Below are positions 8,736 through 19,693 of a stretch of DNA of 64,000 bases, piece by piece (the stretch's first letter is position 1; each line of letters opens with the position of its first letter). Origin of the DNA: an uncultured Nitrospiraceae bacterium. Its GTDB lineage: Bacteria; Nitrospirota; Thermodesulfovibrionia; Thermodesulfovibrionales; Dissulfurispiraceae. Location: positions 14,421 through 78,420 of the forward strand of contig CAIJNL010000026.1 in the NCBI GenBank assembly GCA_903822005.1, written 5' to 3'. The notes below the pieces were generated by a model. That model did no database searches and had not been told where the DNA came from. It worked only from the letters and a program-made list of their open reading frames with translations. The translations under genes were made by a program, and so were the position numbers.

Positions 8736-10093
8736 AAGGTTTCCCTGAGTGTGCTCAAAATAGTCTTCTCTCCCATAGCCCCAAGGGCTTCGCCCGCAGT
8801 ATAAAATGATCCCGTTATAAGCACTACCGGAGGAACGCCGTCCCCGCATGAAGCCTGCCTGTCCCTGGCGGTTGCAACGGCGTCCATAACAGTAGCGGCA
8901 ACCGAGACATTGGCAAATCCCGATGCTTCAGCGAGTGCCGCAAGCCTCCCTGGCGACTCGGCCCTTGCGTAAGCCGGCGCTGTAAATATAGCCTCGGAAG
9001 AGACCGGCAGAAGGGCTTCAACTATCCCTTTTATATCCTTGTCCGCCATTATACCAAGCACAAGAATTATTTTTCTTTCACTGAGATATCTACGCGCGAA
9101 TTGCGCCACGGCACGGGCCGCACTCACATTATGCGCTCCATCGATGATGACCAATGGGTCTGAACTGATTATTTCGAGTCGTCCGCGCAAACGGGTAGAG
9201 GCAAGCCCGTCCTTGACGGCCTTAATATCCGGGGCCGGACCGCCCGATTTCTGGTGCCCTGCAATGCCTGTCGCCAAACTTACTGCCTTGATGGCAACAG
9301 CAGCATTAATGGGCTGGAATTCTCCGGCAAGCGGCACATAAATATCTTTAATGGAAAAAATATCCGATGAATTGTCCGAGTAGTCGAATCTGCTGCCGTA
9401 AAGATTAGATGACCTGATGTCCGGCCCGAAATCCCGACCGCAGACCGAAAGAGGAGCGGAACGCTCCGCAGCTGTCCGCGAAATGACTGCGGCAGCCTCA
9501 GCTCCCTGCAGCGCGGACACCACTGGAACCCCTTTTTTGATAATGCCCGCTTTCTCGCCCGCGATCTCCTCTATGGTCTCTCCCAGGAACTCCTTATGAT
9601 CATTCCCGACAGTAGTGATTACGGAGACTTCAGGCATCACTATATTCGTGGCGTCAAGTCTGCCTCCCATGCCGGTCTCGATTACGGCCCATTCTACGCC
9701 CAGGCGCGCAAAATAAGTAAAGGCCATGACGCTCACAAACTCGAAGAAGGTCGGATTCAGCCCGTCGGCTCCGTCCACCAGAAGACGTATCTCATCAGTA
9801 AGTTCAGCAACCTCTGATTCGGAGATCTCTCTTTCGTCGACCCTGATACGCTCGGTGAAGCTTGCGAGATGCGGAGAGGTGAATAGACCGACCCTGAAAC
9901 CGGATGCCCTGAGCATTGATGCGGACATGGCAGACACAGACCCTTTGCCGTTAGTGCCTGCAACATGGATGCATTTGAACCGTTTGTGCGGATTTCCGGC
10001 AAGAGAAAGAAGTTTCGACGTGTTGTCAAGCCCGAGTTTTATGCCGTGTTTGCGGAGTCCGTAAAGATAATAAATACTTGAGCAATAGCTCAT
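8732..10093 (-). CDS. folC: Bifunctional folylpolyglutamate synthase / dihydrofolate synthase
   Basis: 453 aa. It has the Mur-ligase P-loop HVAGTNGKGS and the conserved accD-folC adjacency. The start forms a TAATG overlap with the accD stop. Confidence 0.9.
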   Translation of the reverse strand: MSYCSSIYYLYGLRKHGIKLGLDNTSKLLSLAGNPHKRFKCIHVAGTNGKGSVSAMSASMLRASGFRVGLFTSPHLASFTERIRVDEREISESEVAELTDEIRLLVDGADGLNPTFFEFVSVMAFTYFARLGVEWAVIETGMGGRLDATNIVMPEVSVITTVGNDHKEFLGETIEEIAGEKAGIIKKGVPVVSALQGAEAAAVISRTAAERSAPLSVCGRDFGPDIRSSNLYGSRFDYSDNSSDIFSIKDIYVPLAGEFQPINAAVAIKAVSLATGIAGHQKSGGPAPDIKAVKDGLASTRLRGRLEIISSDPLVIIDGAHNVSAARAVAQFARRYLSERKIILVLGIMADKDIKGIVEALLPVSSEAIFTAPAYARAESPGRLAALAEASGFANVSVAATVMDAVATARDRQASCGDGVPPVVLITGSFYTAGEALGAMGEKTILSTLRETL

Positions 10094-10959
10094 TACTTTT
10101 CCACTTCCCCGGTAAGGGGCATAAACTGCTCGATAAGTTTATGGACTGTGTCCTTAAGGTCTTTCCTCTCGACAACCATATCTATCATGCCATGCTCAAG
10201 CAGGAATTCAGCCCTCTGGAAATTATCCGGCAGCTGCTGCTTGATCGTCTGCTCAATGACGCGCTGTCCGGCGAAGCCTATCAGCGCCTTGGGCTCGGCG
10301 ATATTCATATCTCCCAGCATTGCAAAGCTGGCGGTCACTCCTCCGAACGTCGGATCTGCGAGGATCGATATGTAAAGAACATCCGTGTCCTTTAGCCTTG
10401 ATATCGCGGCTGACGACTTTGCCATCTGCATGAGCGAGAACATGCCCTCCTGCATCCTTGCGCCGCCAGATGCCGCAACTGATATAAGCGGGACTCTCTG
10501 CTCCAGCGCGCATTCGGCGGCACGGGTAAATTTCTCTCCGACAACCGAACCCATGCTGCCTCCCCAGAAAGAGAAATCCATTATGGTAAGGACAACCGGA
10601 CGAGAATTGATGGTCGCGTCTCCATTTATTATCGCCTCATTGAGACCGCTCTTTTTGCGGTTGTCATTCAGCCTGTCCATAAAAGAGACCTTGTCCTTGA
10701 AATGGAGAGGATCATTCGAAGTGAGGTCTCCGTCGAACTCGACGAAGCTGCCTTCATCCGCAATATATTTTATCCTCTCTTTAGCGCTGATCCTGAAGTG
10801 GTAATTGCATTTTGGACAGACCTTCAGGTTTTTTTCTATCTCTTTCCTGTAAATAATCTCTTTGCAGCTGTCGCATTTGACCCATAGCCCTTCCGGGATA
10901 TTGACCTTCTTTTCGGTCTTCTCTGCCTTGACATCTCTTTTTCTTCTGAACCAGGCCAT
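10093..10959 (-). CDS. accD: Acetyl-CoA carboxylase carboxyltransferase beta subunit
   Basis: It has the Zn-ribbon CDSC...CPKC and a carboxyltransferase fold (GGSMG, GGARMQEG). The likely start is MAWFRRK at 10959; the ORF-track start at 11016 adds 19 non-conserved residues. Confidence 0.92.
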   Translation of the reverse strand: MAWFRRKRDVKAEKTEKKVNIPEGLWVKCDSCKEIIYRKEIEKNLKVCPKCNYHFRISAKERIKYIADEGSFVEFDGDLTSNDPLHFKDKVSFMDRLNDNRKKSGLNEAIINGDATINSRPVVLTIMDFSFWGGSMGSVVGEKFTRAAECALEQRVPLISVAASGGARMQEGMFSLMQMAKSSAAISRLKDTDVLYISILADPTFGGVTASFAMLGDMNIAEPKALIGFAGQRVIEQTIKQQLPDNFQRAEFLLEHGMIDMVVERKDLKDTVHKLIEQFMPLTGEVEK

Positions 10960-11042
10960 AGCTGTTTTTGATTGCCGATTTATGATTGCCGGATGCCGAA
11001 TGAGGTACCGTTCCATCCTCCATCCTCAGTCTTCAATCGCAG

Positions 11043-11816
11043 TCAAATCGCCTCCCTCAGTTTTTGTATAAAATCCCGCGCACCAGCGGGGTCTTCATGA
11101 AATTTCCTGACAATGGCGCTGCCTACTATCACGCCGTCCGCAGAAGCCGCCATTTTCGCGGCATCTGCCGGAGTCGATATCCCGAAGCCTATTGCCACCG
11201 GCCTGTCGGACATTTCGCGCAGCCGCCCGATGTGGGCGCTGAACTGGCTGTCAAGACTCAGGTCGGCCCCGGTAATGCCTGTCATCGATACATAGTATAT
11301 AAAGCCCCGCGATGCGGAGGCAATCTTTTTCATCCTGTCATCAGTGCTGGTGGGCGCCACAAGAAATATGGTGCAGATCCCCTTTGCGCGGCAGAGCCTG
11401 ATAAGCGAACCCGCCTCTTCTGCCGGAAGGTCCGGTATGATGAGCCCGTCGACTCCTGCATCGGCCGCGTCTGCCACGAACGCCTCTTCGCCGTATTTCA
11501 GGACCGGATTATAGTATGTCATAAAGACAAGAGGGACTGTCGAGCGCTTCCGCAGCTCCCTCGCAAAACCTATTATCTTCCTCAGCGTTACACCCGCGCT
11601 CAAAGCCCTTTCAGCCGCCCGCTGGATGGCCGGGCCGTCGGCTGTGGGATCAGAAAAGGGCACCCCAAGCTCGATGATATCAGCGCCGCACTCTTCCAGC
11701 ATCAATACCCTCTCCATGGTGCTCTCAAGATCGGGATCACCAGCCATGATATAAGTGATAAAGGCCTTTTTACCTGCATCCTTTAATTTTTTAAATGTTT
11801 TGTCTATCCTGTTCAT
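11043..11816 (-). CDS. trpA: Tryptophan synthase alpha chain
   Basis: 257 aa. Motifs [17 protein letters not shown] and [10 protein letters not shown] are present. It overlaps the trpB stop by 4 nt. Confidence 0.95.
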   Translation of the reverse strand: MNRIDKTFKKLKDAGKKAFITYIMAGDPDLESTMERVLMLEECGADIIELGVPFSDPTADGPAIQRAAERALSAGVTLRKIIGFARELRKRSTVPLVFMTYYNPVLKYGEEAFVADAADAGVDGLIIPDLPAEEAGSLIRLCRAKGICTIFLVAPTSTDDRMKKIASASRGFIYYVSMTGITGADLSLDSQFSAHIGRLREMSDRPVAIGFGISTPADAAKMAASADGVIVGSAIVRKFHEDPAGARDFIQKLREAI

Positions 11817-12937
11817 GCTATTTCGATGCCTTTAAGCCGGGCGACCTGCTGTACATCCTTGTCGCCGCGTCCGGACAGGTTCACCACGATTATCTTGTCC
11901 TTCGTGAGCCGCGGTGCAAGTTTGACTGTTTCAGCCAGGGCATGCGCTGATTCGAGCGCGGGGATAATGCCCTCTGTGCGTGACAGGAGCTCAAATGCGG
12001 CAAGAGCTTCATCATCCACCGCGTAAGTATATTCTATGCGGCCCGCATCCCTGAGAAAAGAATGCTGGGGCCCGACAGAGGCATAATCAAGCCCTGCAGA
12101 GACCGAATGCGTCTCGAGCACATTGCCGTCCTCATCCTGCAATAGATAAGTCCTGCAGCCCTGCAATACCCCGAGAGAACCTGTAGCAAACCTTGCAGCA
12201 TGTTTTCCGCTCTCAATGCCGCTGCCGCCGGCCTCGACGCCAATCATCTTTATATCATCGGGGAGAAACTCATCGAAAAGCCCCATGGCATTGCTGCCGC
12301 CGCCGACGCAGGCCACCAGGTAATCTGGCAGTCTGCCTTCAGCCTTCAGTATCTGCTTGCGCGCCTCTTTGCCTATAACGGACTGAAAGTCGCGAACTAT
12401 TGCCGGGAAAGGATGCGGTCCGAACACAGTACCCAAAACATAGTGGGTCGTGCGGACGCTTGCTGTCCAGTCACGCATCGCCTCATTTATTGCGTCCTTG
12501 AGGGTCTGCGACCCGATCGATACTTCATTCACTTTTGCGCCGAGCAGCTTCATCCTGAATACATTAAGCGCCTGGCGCCTGGTGTCGATAGTACCCATAT
12601 ATATCTCGCAAGATAGACCGACAAGCGCTGCCCCGGTTGCTGTTGCCACCCCGTGCTGGCCGGCACCCGTTTCCGCGATTACCCGGGTCTTGCCCATCTT
12701 CTTTGCGAGCAGGGCTTGTGCAAGGGCGTTGTTGATCTTATGTGCGCCCGTATGCGCGAGGTCTTCCCTTTTGAGATAGACCTTGGCCCCGCCGAGATGT
12801 TCGGTCAGCCTTTTGGCATAATAGAGAGGCGTTGGCCTGCCAACATATGTTTTAAGCAAAAGATCGAGTTCCGCCTGAAAGGCCTTGTCCTTTTTGGCGG
12901 CTTCGTATGCGGCCTCCAGTTCCAACAGGGCAGGCAT
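11813..12937 (-). CDS. trpB: Tryptophan synthase beta chain (TrpB1). The true start is probably upstream of the first ATG.
   Basis: 374 aa from ATG 12937, with the PLP lysine motif (HTGAHKINN). The same frame stays open to 13057 and encodes ...[25 protein letters not shown] before that ATG. This is the conserved TrpB N-terminal motif, yet no ATG/GTG/TTG is present in that extension. See the finding. Confidence 0.9.
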   Translation of the reverse strand: MPALLELEAAYEAAKKDKAFQAELDLLLKTYVGRPTPLYYAKRLTEHLGGAKVYLKREDLAHTGAHKINNALAQALLAKKMGKTRVIAETGAGQHGVATATGAALVGLSCEIYMGTIDTRRQALNVFRMKLLGAKVNEVSIGSQTLKDAINEAMRDWTASVRTTHYVLGTVFGPHPFPAIVRDFQSVIGKEARKQILKAEGRLPDYLVACVGGGSNAMGLFDEFLPDDIKMIGVEAGGSGIESGKHAARFATGSLGVLQGCRTYLLQDEDGNVLETHSVSAGLDYASVGPQHSFLRDAGRIEYTYAVDDEALAAFELLSRTEGIIPALESAHALAETVKLAPRLTKDKIIVVNLSGRGDKDVQQVARLKGIEIA

Positions 12938-13146
12938 GAGCGTTTCGGGCGCATATTTGCCCCCGTACTGACCAAAGTAGCCCCTTCTGTCAGGTAACTT
13001 TTTTATCTTTTTATCCTCGCCCGTAAAGTCAATTATTATATCATAATTCCTTGCAATTCAGTCCGCTTCAGCAGGCCCGGCCTTGCATTAATGTCCTTCT
13101 ATTTTGTGTTAAAATAATTGTTACGAACTTACTTATTGGAGGTACT

Positions 13147-14502
13147 ATGCCGGAGACCAAAATATTACTTTCTGAAAAAGATATACCCAAGCAGTGGTAC
13201 AACATCGTCCCTGATATGCCGAATCCCGCGGCGCCCCCGCTTCATCCCGTAACTCAAAAGCCGGTTGGGCCGGATGACCTTAGCGCAATCTTTCCGATGG
13301 CGCTTATAGAGCAGGAGGTATCCACACAGAGATGGATCGACATACCTGAGGAGGTCCTCGAGATCTATTCTCTCTGGAGGCCGTCGCCGCTTTTCAGGGC
13401 CAAGAGACTCGAAGCAGCGTTAAAGACCCCGGCAAGGATATATTACAAATACGAAGGCGTCAGCCCTGCCGGAAGCCATAAACCGAACACCGCCATACCG
13501 CAAGCTTACTATAACAAGGCGGCCGGCATAAAGCGGATAGCGACCGAAACGGGCGCAGGACAGTGGGGCGCTTCCATGGCCCTGGCCGGATGCCTGTTCG
13601 GCCTTGAGGTTACCGTCTATATGGTCAAGGTCAGCTATGGCCAGAAACCATACAGAAGAAGCCAGATGCAGACATGGGGCGCCAAGGTTTATGCCAGCCC
13701 TTCTGATCTGACCAACTCGGGCAGAAAGGCGCTCGAAGCCGACCCGAACAACATGGGAAGCCTGGGCCTTGCTATTTCCGAAGCCGTTGAAGACGCGGCC
13801 ACTCATGCTGATACAAATTACGCGCTCGGTTCCGTGCTGAACCATGTGCTGCTGCACCAGACAGTCGCGGGACTGGAAGCAAAAAAACAGCTCGCTATCG
13901 CGGGTGAATATCCTGATATAATCATTGGCTGCTGCGGAGGCGGTTCCAATTTCGGCGGCATAGCATTCCCGTTCCTGGCAGACAAGAGTGCCGGTAAAAA
14001 AGTCAGGGCAATCGCTGTTGAACCTAGCTCGTGCCCGACCCTGACCAAGGGCGAATTCAGATACGATTTCGGAGACACGGCAGGACTCACGCCGCTTATG
14101 AGGATGTATACTTTGGGCCATGACTTTATGCCTCCCGGCATACATGCAGGCGGCCTGCGTTACCATGGAGATTCGCAGCTCGTGTCGCAGCTCCTGAAAG
14201 ACGGTGTGATTGAAGCAAGGGCGTATCCGCAGCTCACATGCTTTGAAGCAGCGCTCACATTTGCAAAGACAGAGGCGATAATACCGGCGCCGGAAAGTTC
14301 TCACGCAATAAGGGCCGTGATAGATGAGGCACTGGTCTGCAAGGAAGAAGGCAAAGAGAAGTGCATCCTCTTTAACCTGAGCGGACATGGTTATCTCGAC
14401 CTGGCTGCATATGACGACTACCTTGCGGGCAAGCTGGTAGATTTCAATTATCCTGATTCCTCAATAAAGGAATCGCTCGCAAAGCTGCCTGTAATAAAAT
14501 AG
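13147..14502 (+). CDS. trpB2: TrpB2-type tryptophan synthase beta-like PLP enzyme
   Basis: About 451 aa from [25 protein letters not shown], with a GGAGG SD at 13137-13141. The long TrpB2-style N-terminus, the PLP-Lys motif GSHKPNTA and the length are typical of the TrpB2 clade. The TTG start at 13051 in the ORF track is rejected. Confidence 0.85.
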   Translation: MPETKILLSEKDIPKQWYNIVPDMPNPAAPPLHPVTQKPVGPDDLSAIFPMALIEQEVSTQRWIDIPEEVLEIYSLWRPSPLFRAKRLEAALKTPARIYYKYEGVSPAGSHKPNTAIPQAYYNKAAGIKRIATETGAGQWGASMALAGCLFGLEVTVYMVKVSYGQKPYRRSQMQTWGAKVYASPSDLTNSGRKALEADPNNMGSLGLAISEAVEDAATHADTNYALGSVLNHVLLHQTVAGLEAKKQLAIAGEYPDIIIGCCGGGSNFGGIAFPFLADKSAGKKVRAIAVEPSSCPTLTKGEFRYDFGDTAGLTPLMRMYTLGHDFMPPGIHAGGLRYHGDSQLVSQLLKDGVIEARAYPQLTCFEAALTFAKTEAIIPAPESSHAIRAVIDEALVCKEEGKEKCILFNLSGHGYLDLAAYDDYLAGKLVDFNYPDSSIKESLAKLPVIK

Positions 14503-14572
14503 AGTCGGGCTGAAGGCCGGGGTAGAACACGCTTTGCACTGAATTTGTGAATAACATGAGTCAAAGGTGCTT

Positions 14573-15202
14573 ATGAAGGTCAAGATATGCGGAATCACAA
14601 ATCCTGATGACGCGCTGGCTGCCGTCGAATATGGCGCGGATGCACTGGGTTTTGTTTTCTATCCAAAAAGCCCTCGCTATATCACCCCTGAAAAGGCCGC
14701 CGCAATAACCTCTCTTTTACCGCCCTTTATCAGCACTGTCGGCGTTTTCGTCAATGAGAAGCCGGATATAATCCTGCAGATTATGAAGATGACCGGCATC
14801 AGGGTCCTGCAGCTCCATGGCAGCGAGACGCCCGACACCTGCAAAATATGGACTCCGGTCGTCAAGTCTTTCAGGGTCGCGGACTTTACTGACCTAAAAC
14901 CCCTGGAAGAATACAAAGGGGTATCTGCTTATCTGCTCGACACATACAGCCAGAGTGAATACGGAGGTACCGGCAGGATATTCAACTGGGACATAGCCGT
15001 GGAAGCGAAACGCGAGGGACGGATAATCCTTGCCGGAGGGTTAACGCCTGAGAATATCGAAATGGCTGTGCACCATGTAAAACCCTACGCCGTTGATGTC
15101 AGCAGCGGGGTAGAGGCGAAAAAAGGCAAAAAGGATTTGAACAAGTTAAAGGAGTTTATCGGGAAAGCCAGACGGGCCTCAGTTCATCGGGAACCGTCAT
15201 AG
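14573..15202 (+). CDS. trpF: Phosphoribosylanthranilate isomerase
   Basis: MKVKICGITNPDDALAAVEYGADALGFVFYPKSPRYI is a classic TrpF N-terminus. ATG 14573 is preferred over GTG 14567. Confidence 0.9.
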   Translation: MKVKICGITNPDDALAAVEYGADALGFVFYPKSPRYITPEKAAAITSLLPPFISTVGVFVNEKPDIILQIMKMTGIRVLQLHGSETPDTCKIWTPVVKSFRVADFTDLKPLEEYKGVSAYLLDTYSQSEYGGTGRIFNWDIAVEAKREGRIILAGGLTPENIEMAVHHVKPYAVDVSSGVEAKKGKKDLNKLKEFIGKARRASVHREPS

Positions 15203-15234
15203 AACGCGCCGGGTAGAAATTATAATGGAGGACT

Positions 15235-16149
15235 ATGGACATTAAGCTGGCGGCTATTATCCCCTGCTATAACGAGGAACTGACGATTGCAAAGGTAATA
15301 CAGGATATTAAGACCTGCGTGCCTTCTGCCTGTATATATGTCTTTGACAACAACTCGACTGACAGGACCGCAATTATAGCGCAAGAGTGCGGAGCTATTG
15401 TAATTACTGAAAGGCGACAGGGGAAAGGATTTGTTGTTCAGTCGATGTTCAGGAAAATCGCCGCAGATATATACATTATGGTTGACGGCGATGACACTTA
15501 TGACCTGTCAAAAATAAATGAAATGATTTTATCGGTTAAAACGGGAGAAGCCGATATGGCAGTCGGCAATCGGCTTGAAACATATACTACCAGGTCGTTC
15601 AGGCCTCTTCATACTTTCGGCAATAAGCTGGTCCGAAATCTGGTCAACCGGCTTTTCAACGCAAAACTAAAAGACATAATGTCGGGTTTGCGCGTTATGA
15701 ACAGCGATTTTGTAAAGAATATTAACATTATCGCATCCGGCTTTGAAATCGAGACCGAAATGACAATCAAGGCCCTCAAATATAATTTCACAATATTGGA
15801 AACGGATATTGAATACAGGGAGAGACCCCAGGGAAGTTTTTCGAAGTTGAACACATTTTCTGACGGCTTATTAGTCCTGAAAACCATATTTATGATTTTC
15901 AAGAATTATAAGCCTTTAATTTTTTTCTCTCTCACTTCGCTGGTGTTGGCCATTATCTCTCTTGCAACCGGGTGGGTAGTAATACTGGAATTCATCGAAA
16001 CAAGATACATAACCCATGTTCCGCTTGCCATTTTTGCGTCCGGGTCCATGATACTGTCTATAATATTTTTTGTAACCGGAGTCATATTGGATTCATTAGT
16101 AGGCAGATTTGATGAATTATATAATTTCATAAGAAACAAACAGCGGTGA
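15235..16149 (+). CDS. Family 2 glycosyltransferase with C-terminal TM helices (polyprenyl-phosphate sugar transferase-like, GtrB/ArnC type)
   Basis: It has the GT-A N-terminus IIPCYNEE, a DGDD (DxD) motif and two predicted C-terminal TM segments. Confidence 0.8.
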   Translation: MDIKLAAIIPCYNEELTIAKVIQDIKTCVPSACIYVFDNNSTDRTAIIAQECGAIVITERRQGKGFVVQSMFRKIAADIYIMVDGDDTYDLSKINEMILSVKTGEADMAVGNRLETYTTRSFRPLHTFGNKLVRNLVNRLFNAKLKDIMSGLRVMNSDFVKNINIIASGFEIETEMTIKALKYNFTILETDIEYRERPQGSFSKLNTFSDGLLVLKTIFMIFKNYKPLIFFSLTSLVLAIISLATGWVVILEFIETRYITHVPLAIFASGSMILSIIFFVTGVILDSLVGRFDELYNFIRNKQR

Positions 16150-16185
16150 GACTCAAAACTGCATTCCGTGTTGTCCTATTTTCGG

Positions 16186-16590
16186 CTATCCTGACCCTGA
16201 CATATCAGGCATTTGCGGTCTCGGATTATTATTCGAAGATATCGTTATGACCGTCTTTACATTGCCCCTTGGATTGAAGTCGCCGATAACCTCCATGAAA
16301 CGCGGCCCAAGGACTTTTTCGAGATCGCCATAAATCCTGTTCACAACCGCTTCGTGCGAAATCTTTACGTCCCTGAAAGAATTCAGATAAAGCTTGAACG
16401 ACTTCAGCTCGACAACTTTTTTGTCAGGCACATAAGCAAGCTTTATTGTTGCGAAATCAGGATAACCCGACCGCGGACAGAGGCATGTAAACTCGGGGAA
16501 TGTGATATTGATATCGTAATCCCTTTCAGGATTGGTATTGTCCCATATCTCAAGCACCGCTTCCTTTATCTTTTTTTCTCCGTAGAGCAT
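16186..16590 (-). CDS. queF: NADPH-dependent 7-cyano-7-deazaguanine (preQ0) reductase
   Basis: 134 aa. It has the type I QueF motif [17 protein letters not shown] and the HE motif region. Confidence 0.9.
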   Translation of the reverse strand: MLYGEKKIKEAVLEIWDNTNPERDYDINITFPEFTCLCPRSGYPDFATIKLAYVPDKKVVELKSFKLYLNSFRDVKISHEAVVNRIYGDLEKVLGPRFMEVIGDFNPRGNVKTVITISSNNNPRPQMPDMSGSG

Positions 16591-16601
16591 CCGCGGACCT
16601 C

Positions 16602-18374
16602 CTAATCGCTCAATTCCGAATTCATGAACTGCATATTATAAAGCTCCTGATAGAGACCTCCCTGCGCCAGCAGCTCAGCGTGGGTGCCTTCCTGTATTAT
16701 ACTGCCGCTGCTCATAACAACTATCCTAGAGGCCTTCTGGATCGTTGACAGGCGATGGGCAATGACAATGGTCGTCCTCCCCTGCATCAGCAGCTCCAGG
16801 GCCTTCTGCACCTGGTGCTCCGATTCCGTGTCGAGAGAAGAAGTGGCCTCGTCCAGGATAAGAATAGACGGGTTTCTGATTATCGCACGCGCAATAGTGA
16901 TCCTCTGTTTCTGTCCGCCGGAAATTCTTACGCCGCGTTCACCTATCATGGTTTCATATCCCTTCGGCATCTCCATGATAAAGTCGTGCGCAAAGGCCGC
17001 CTTAGCTGCTTCCATAACCTCGTCATCGGTTGCGCCGGGCCGTCCGAAGCGAATATTCTCTTTCACGGTATCGTCAAACAGCATGATGTCCTGCGTGACT
17101 GTGCCTATATGGCTCCTCAGAGAACCCAGGGAAAGATTTCTTATGTCCCTGCCGTCGATATATATGCTTCCCTCTGTCGGGTACCAGAACCCGGCGACCA
17201 GATCCACAAAGGTGCTCTTTCCGGCGCCGCTGTAACCGACCAGTGCTACTATGTTGCCGTGCTCGATAGAAAGGCTTACGTCATGCAAGGCATCGCCTGA
17301 TGCCGAAGGATACCTGAATGAGACCTTGTCAAATACAATGTCGCCCTTGACGTCAAGCTCTTCGCCCTCCATCTTTTCGGGCCGGGTCGACATTATCTCG
17401 CCTATCCTGTCGAGCACATTGCGCCCGGACTGAAAATTGTTATGCACCCTGCTCAGCCGCTTGAGCGGGGTAAACATCAGGCCGACCGCGGCAAGGAACG
17501 ATACAAAATCTCCGGTGGTCATCTGGCCTGACACTACAAGGTTGAAACCATAAAACATGATGACCGCAATACCTATACCTGCAAGCACCTCTCCGATAAG
17601 CGCAGACCCTTCATTGATCCTTGTCTCTCTCATCGAATTCCGGTAATAGTCGGTCTGGGCGCTCTCGTTGCGTGCCATCATATCCCGCTCCATTGTGAAG
17701 GCCTTTATGATCTTGACCCCCTGGATCGTCTCGTTGAATATGGTTGTGATCCTGGCAACAAGCTCTCTTGTCAGCATCCCTGTCTTTTTCATCCGTTTGC
17801 CCAGGCGCCCTATGCTGTAGATCATGAGCGGCACAACAATAAACGATATAAGGGCGAGGTCCCATTTGCGCGAGATGGCCACGCCAGCAAGCACTATCAC
17901 AGTACCGATCTCGACTATGAAGTCCTTTATGGTAAAGCCGACAGTGCCCTGGAGCACCCCGATATCATTCAGCATCTTCGAGACGACAACGCCGCTTGAG
18001 GTCTGAGAATGATACGATACGGGCAAAGAGAGCACCTTGCCGTATACCTGCAGTCTTATGGAACGCACAATCTTTGCGCCAATGGATGACATGAGATAGT
18101 TGTTGCAGAACGAAAAAACCCCCTTCAGCACAAAAAGAATAACTACACCTGCGGGCATAAGGTAGAGATACTCGATATTCTTTGTGATCAGTATATCGTC
18201 AACCGCAACCTTCGTGCCCCAGGCAATGGCGCCGTTGATGCCTGACAGCACAAGACTGCAGAGCATGGCGACTGCGAGCCGCGGCATATAGGGCCTGGAG
18301 AGGTGCCAGAAGATCGTAATATCGTCCTGCCAGCTTTCCTTGCTTCGCTGACTAAATATTTTATCGAGAGACAT
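16602..18374 (-). CDS. msbA: ABC exporter, fused permease/ATPase, MsbA-like lipid A/LPS-core flippase
   Basis: 590 aa. Six N-terminal TM segments are followed by Walker [10 protein letters not shown], the signature SGGQKQR and Walker [10 protein letters not shown]. It sits inside the LPS locus. Confidence 0.8.
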   Translation of the reverse strand: MSLDKIFSQRSKESWQDDITIFWHLSRPYMPRLAVAMLCSLVLSGINGAIAWGTKVAVDDILITKNIEYLYLMPAGVVILFVLKGVFSFCNNYLMSSIGAKIVRSIRLQVYGKVLSLPVSYHSQTSSGVVVSKMLNDIGVLQGTVGFTIKDFIVEIGTVIVLAGVAISRKWDLALISFIVVPLMIYSIGRLGKRMKKTGMLTRELVARITTIFNETIQGVKIIKAFTMERDMMARNESAQTDYYRNSMRETRINEGSALIGEVLAGIGIAVIMFYGFNLVVSGQMTTGDFVSFLAAVGLMFTPLKRLSRVHNNFQSGRNVLDRIGEIMSTRPEKMEGEELDVKGDIVFDKVSFRYPSASGDALHDVSLSIEHGNIVALVGYSGAGKSTFVDLVAGFWYPTEGSIYIDGRDIRNLSLGSLRSHIGTVTQDIMLFDDTVKENIRFGRPGATDDEVMEAAKAAFAHDFIMEMPKGYETMIGERGVRISGGQKQRITIARAIIRNPSILILDEATSSLDTESEHQVQKALELLMQGRTTIVIAHRLSTIQKASRIVVMSSGSIIQEGTHAELLAQGGLYQELYNMQFMNSELSD

Positions 18375-18455
18375 AGGGCGGTCTGCATTCCTTTCAACGG
18401 CTGATAATCCAGCTAATATTATATACCACCCGGTCAGGGGCCGTAATCACTTTTT

Positions 18456-19622
18456 TTAGCGAACAGACTCTTTTGCCGAATGTGCCATGAAAAGACCGGA
18501 CAGCAGGCCGAATACTATGCCGTGTGCGTGGTGGAGCGTAGTATCGAATATGCCCCCCGCGAAAGTGACTAAAAAAGCCCCGAGGGCGCCGTATTTAACC
18601 GAGAGGACAAAATCTGACGATAATTTCGATTTGAAGAATTCCCGCGCGAAACCATAAACAATCATTAAAAGAGCGACAAAACCGAAGAGCCCCGTCTGGG
18701 CCAATGTATTCAGGTAAATACTGTGGGCGTCTATGTTCGTACCTCCGGCAGTAGGGCTGCCCGCGGGATGAAGAAAGCTGTAATGATTGGGGCCTATGCC
18801 TAACAGCGGACTCGTCTTGAAATAATCAATTGCACCTTCCCACAAATAAAATCGGGCAGTTAATGATTGAGTCGTCGTTATCTTGTTCCATAACGGCTTG
18901 TACATAAAGATTGCCAGCAGGCCTATCGATCCCAGCGAGATGCCGGTTATAAGTGAATATTTGATATTCCTCTTCGCAAAAATCAGAAGAAAAATCAACA
19001 GAAAAAGCCCGATAAATGATGACCTGTATTGAGTCATAACTGAGGCGGCAAGGACGATGACGGCAAGCATGCCGAGCATTATTCTTGAGGACACTGTCTC
19101 CCTGTCCGATAAAACTATTGTGCTTACCATCGAGCAGAGGACTATTATGAGATACATGGCTATGTAATTCGGGTTCCTGAGCTGATGTATTTCTATTGCA
19201 CCATTATTCTGGATGGCATGAACTATGCCTATTACAGCCGCCGCTGCCGCCGATATATAAAGCCCCCAGAGAATTATACGCGTCTGCTTTTCATCCGCTA
19301 AGCTGGCAGCCACTAAAAATGCGATGGAACAGTACGTTATATCATAAAACCCCTTGAGGCCCTTTGCGATATTCTCCGCAAACATGCTGCTGATAAATGC
19401 GGAGATCATCATCCCTGCAAATGCGATATGAATAACAGTTATATTGAATTCTATCTCTTTTCTGTATATCTGGAAGATAAAAACGGCAAGAAGAAGGAAT
19501 AATGCAATGCTTTTTACAGACTCCGAAAAAGGCAATGATACAGCCAGTACTAATAACAGACAAAATTTAATCTGCCCCGGATTCAGATGTTTAAACATTC
19601 CCCCCCCAAGTGTATTTTTCAA
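18456..19622 (-). CDS. O-antigen ligase (WaaL/Wzy_C) family polytopic membrane protein
   Basis: 388 aa and very hydrophobic (about 10 or more TM segments), with a periplasmic-loop region containing H and R typical of Wzy_C. Genomic context supports the call. Confidence 0.65.
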   Translation of the reverse strand: MKNTLGGGMFKHLNPGQIKFCLLLVLAVSLPFSESVKSIALFLLLAVFIFQIYRKEIEFNITVIHIAFAGMMISAFISSMFAENIAKGLKGFYDITYCSIAFLVAASLADEKQTRIILWGLYISAAAAAVIGIVHAIQNNGAIEIHQLRNPNYIAMYLIIVLCSMVSTIVLSDRETVSSRIMLGMLAVIVLAASVMTQYRSSFIGLFLLIFLLIFAKRNIKYSLITGISLGSIGLLAIFMYKPLWNKITTTQSLTARFYLWEGAIDYFKTSPLLGIGPNHYSFLHPAGSPTAGGTNIDAHSIYLNTLAQTGLFGFVALLMIVYGFAREFFKSKLSSDFVLSVKYGALGAFLVTFAGGIFDTTLHHAHGIVFGLLSGLFMAHSAKESVR

Positions 19623-19693
19623 CAGAACATCCTGCCATTGTTAATGGCCGCATTGAATTCCAAATCACAAATCCCTTCAGCCCTGTTAAGCGC

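Noticed and set aside
13051-13146. TTG start giving a 32-aa N-terminal extension of TrpB2
   Set aside because: The extension ([32 protein letters not shown]) is not TrpB2-like and covers the divergent promoter region. ATG 13147 has a GGAGG SD.
13420-14388. 322-aa minus-strand ORF antisense to trpB2
   Set aside because: It lies entirely inside a gene whose sense frame has clear TrpB2 motifs. The product is Arg/Cys/Phe-rich with no recognisable motif and no SD. This is a typical shadow ORF in ~50% GC DNA.
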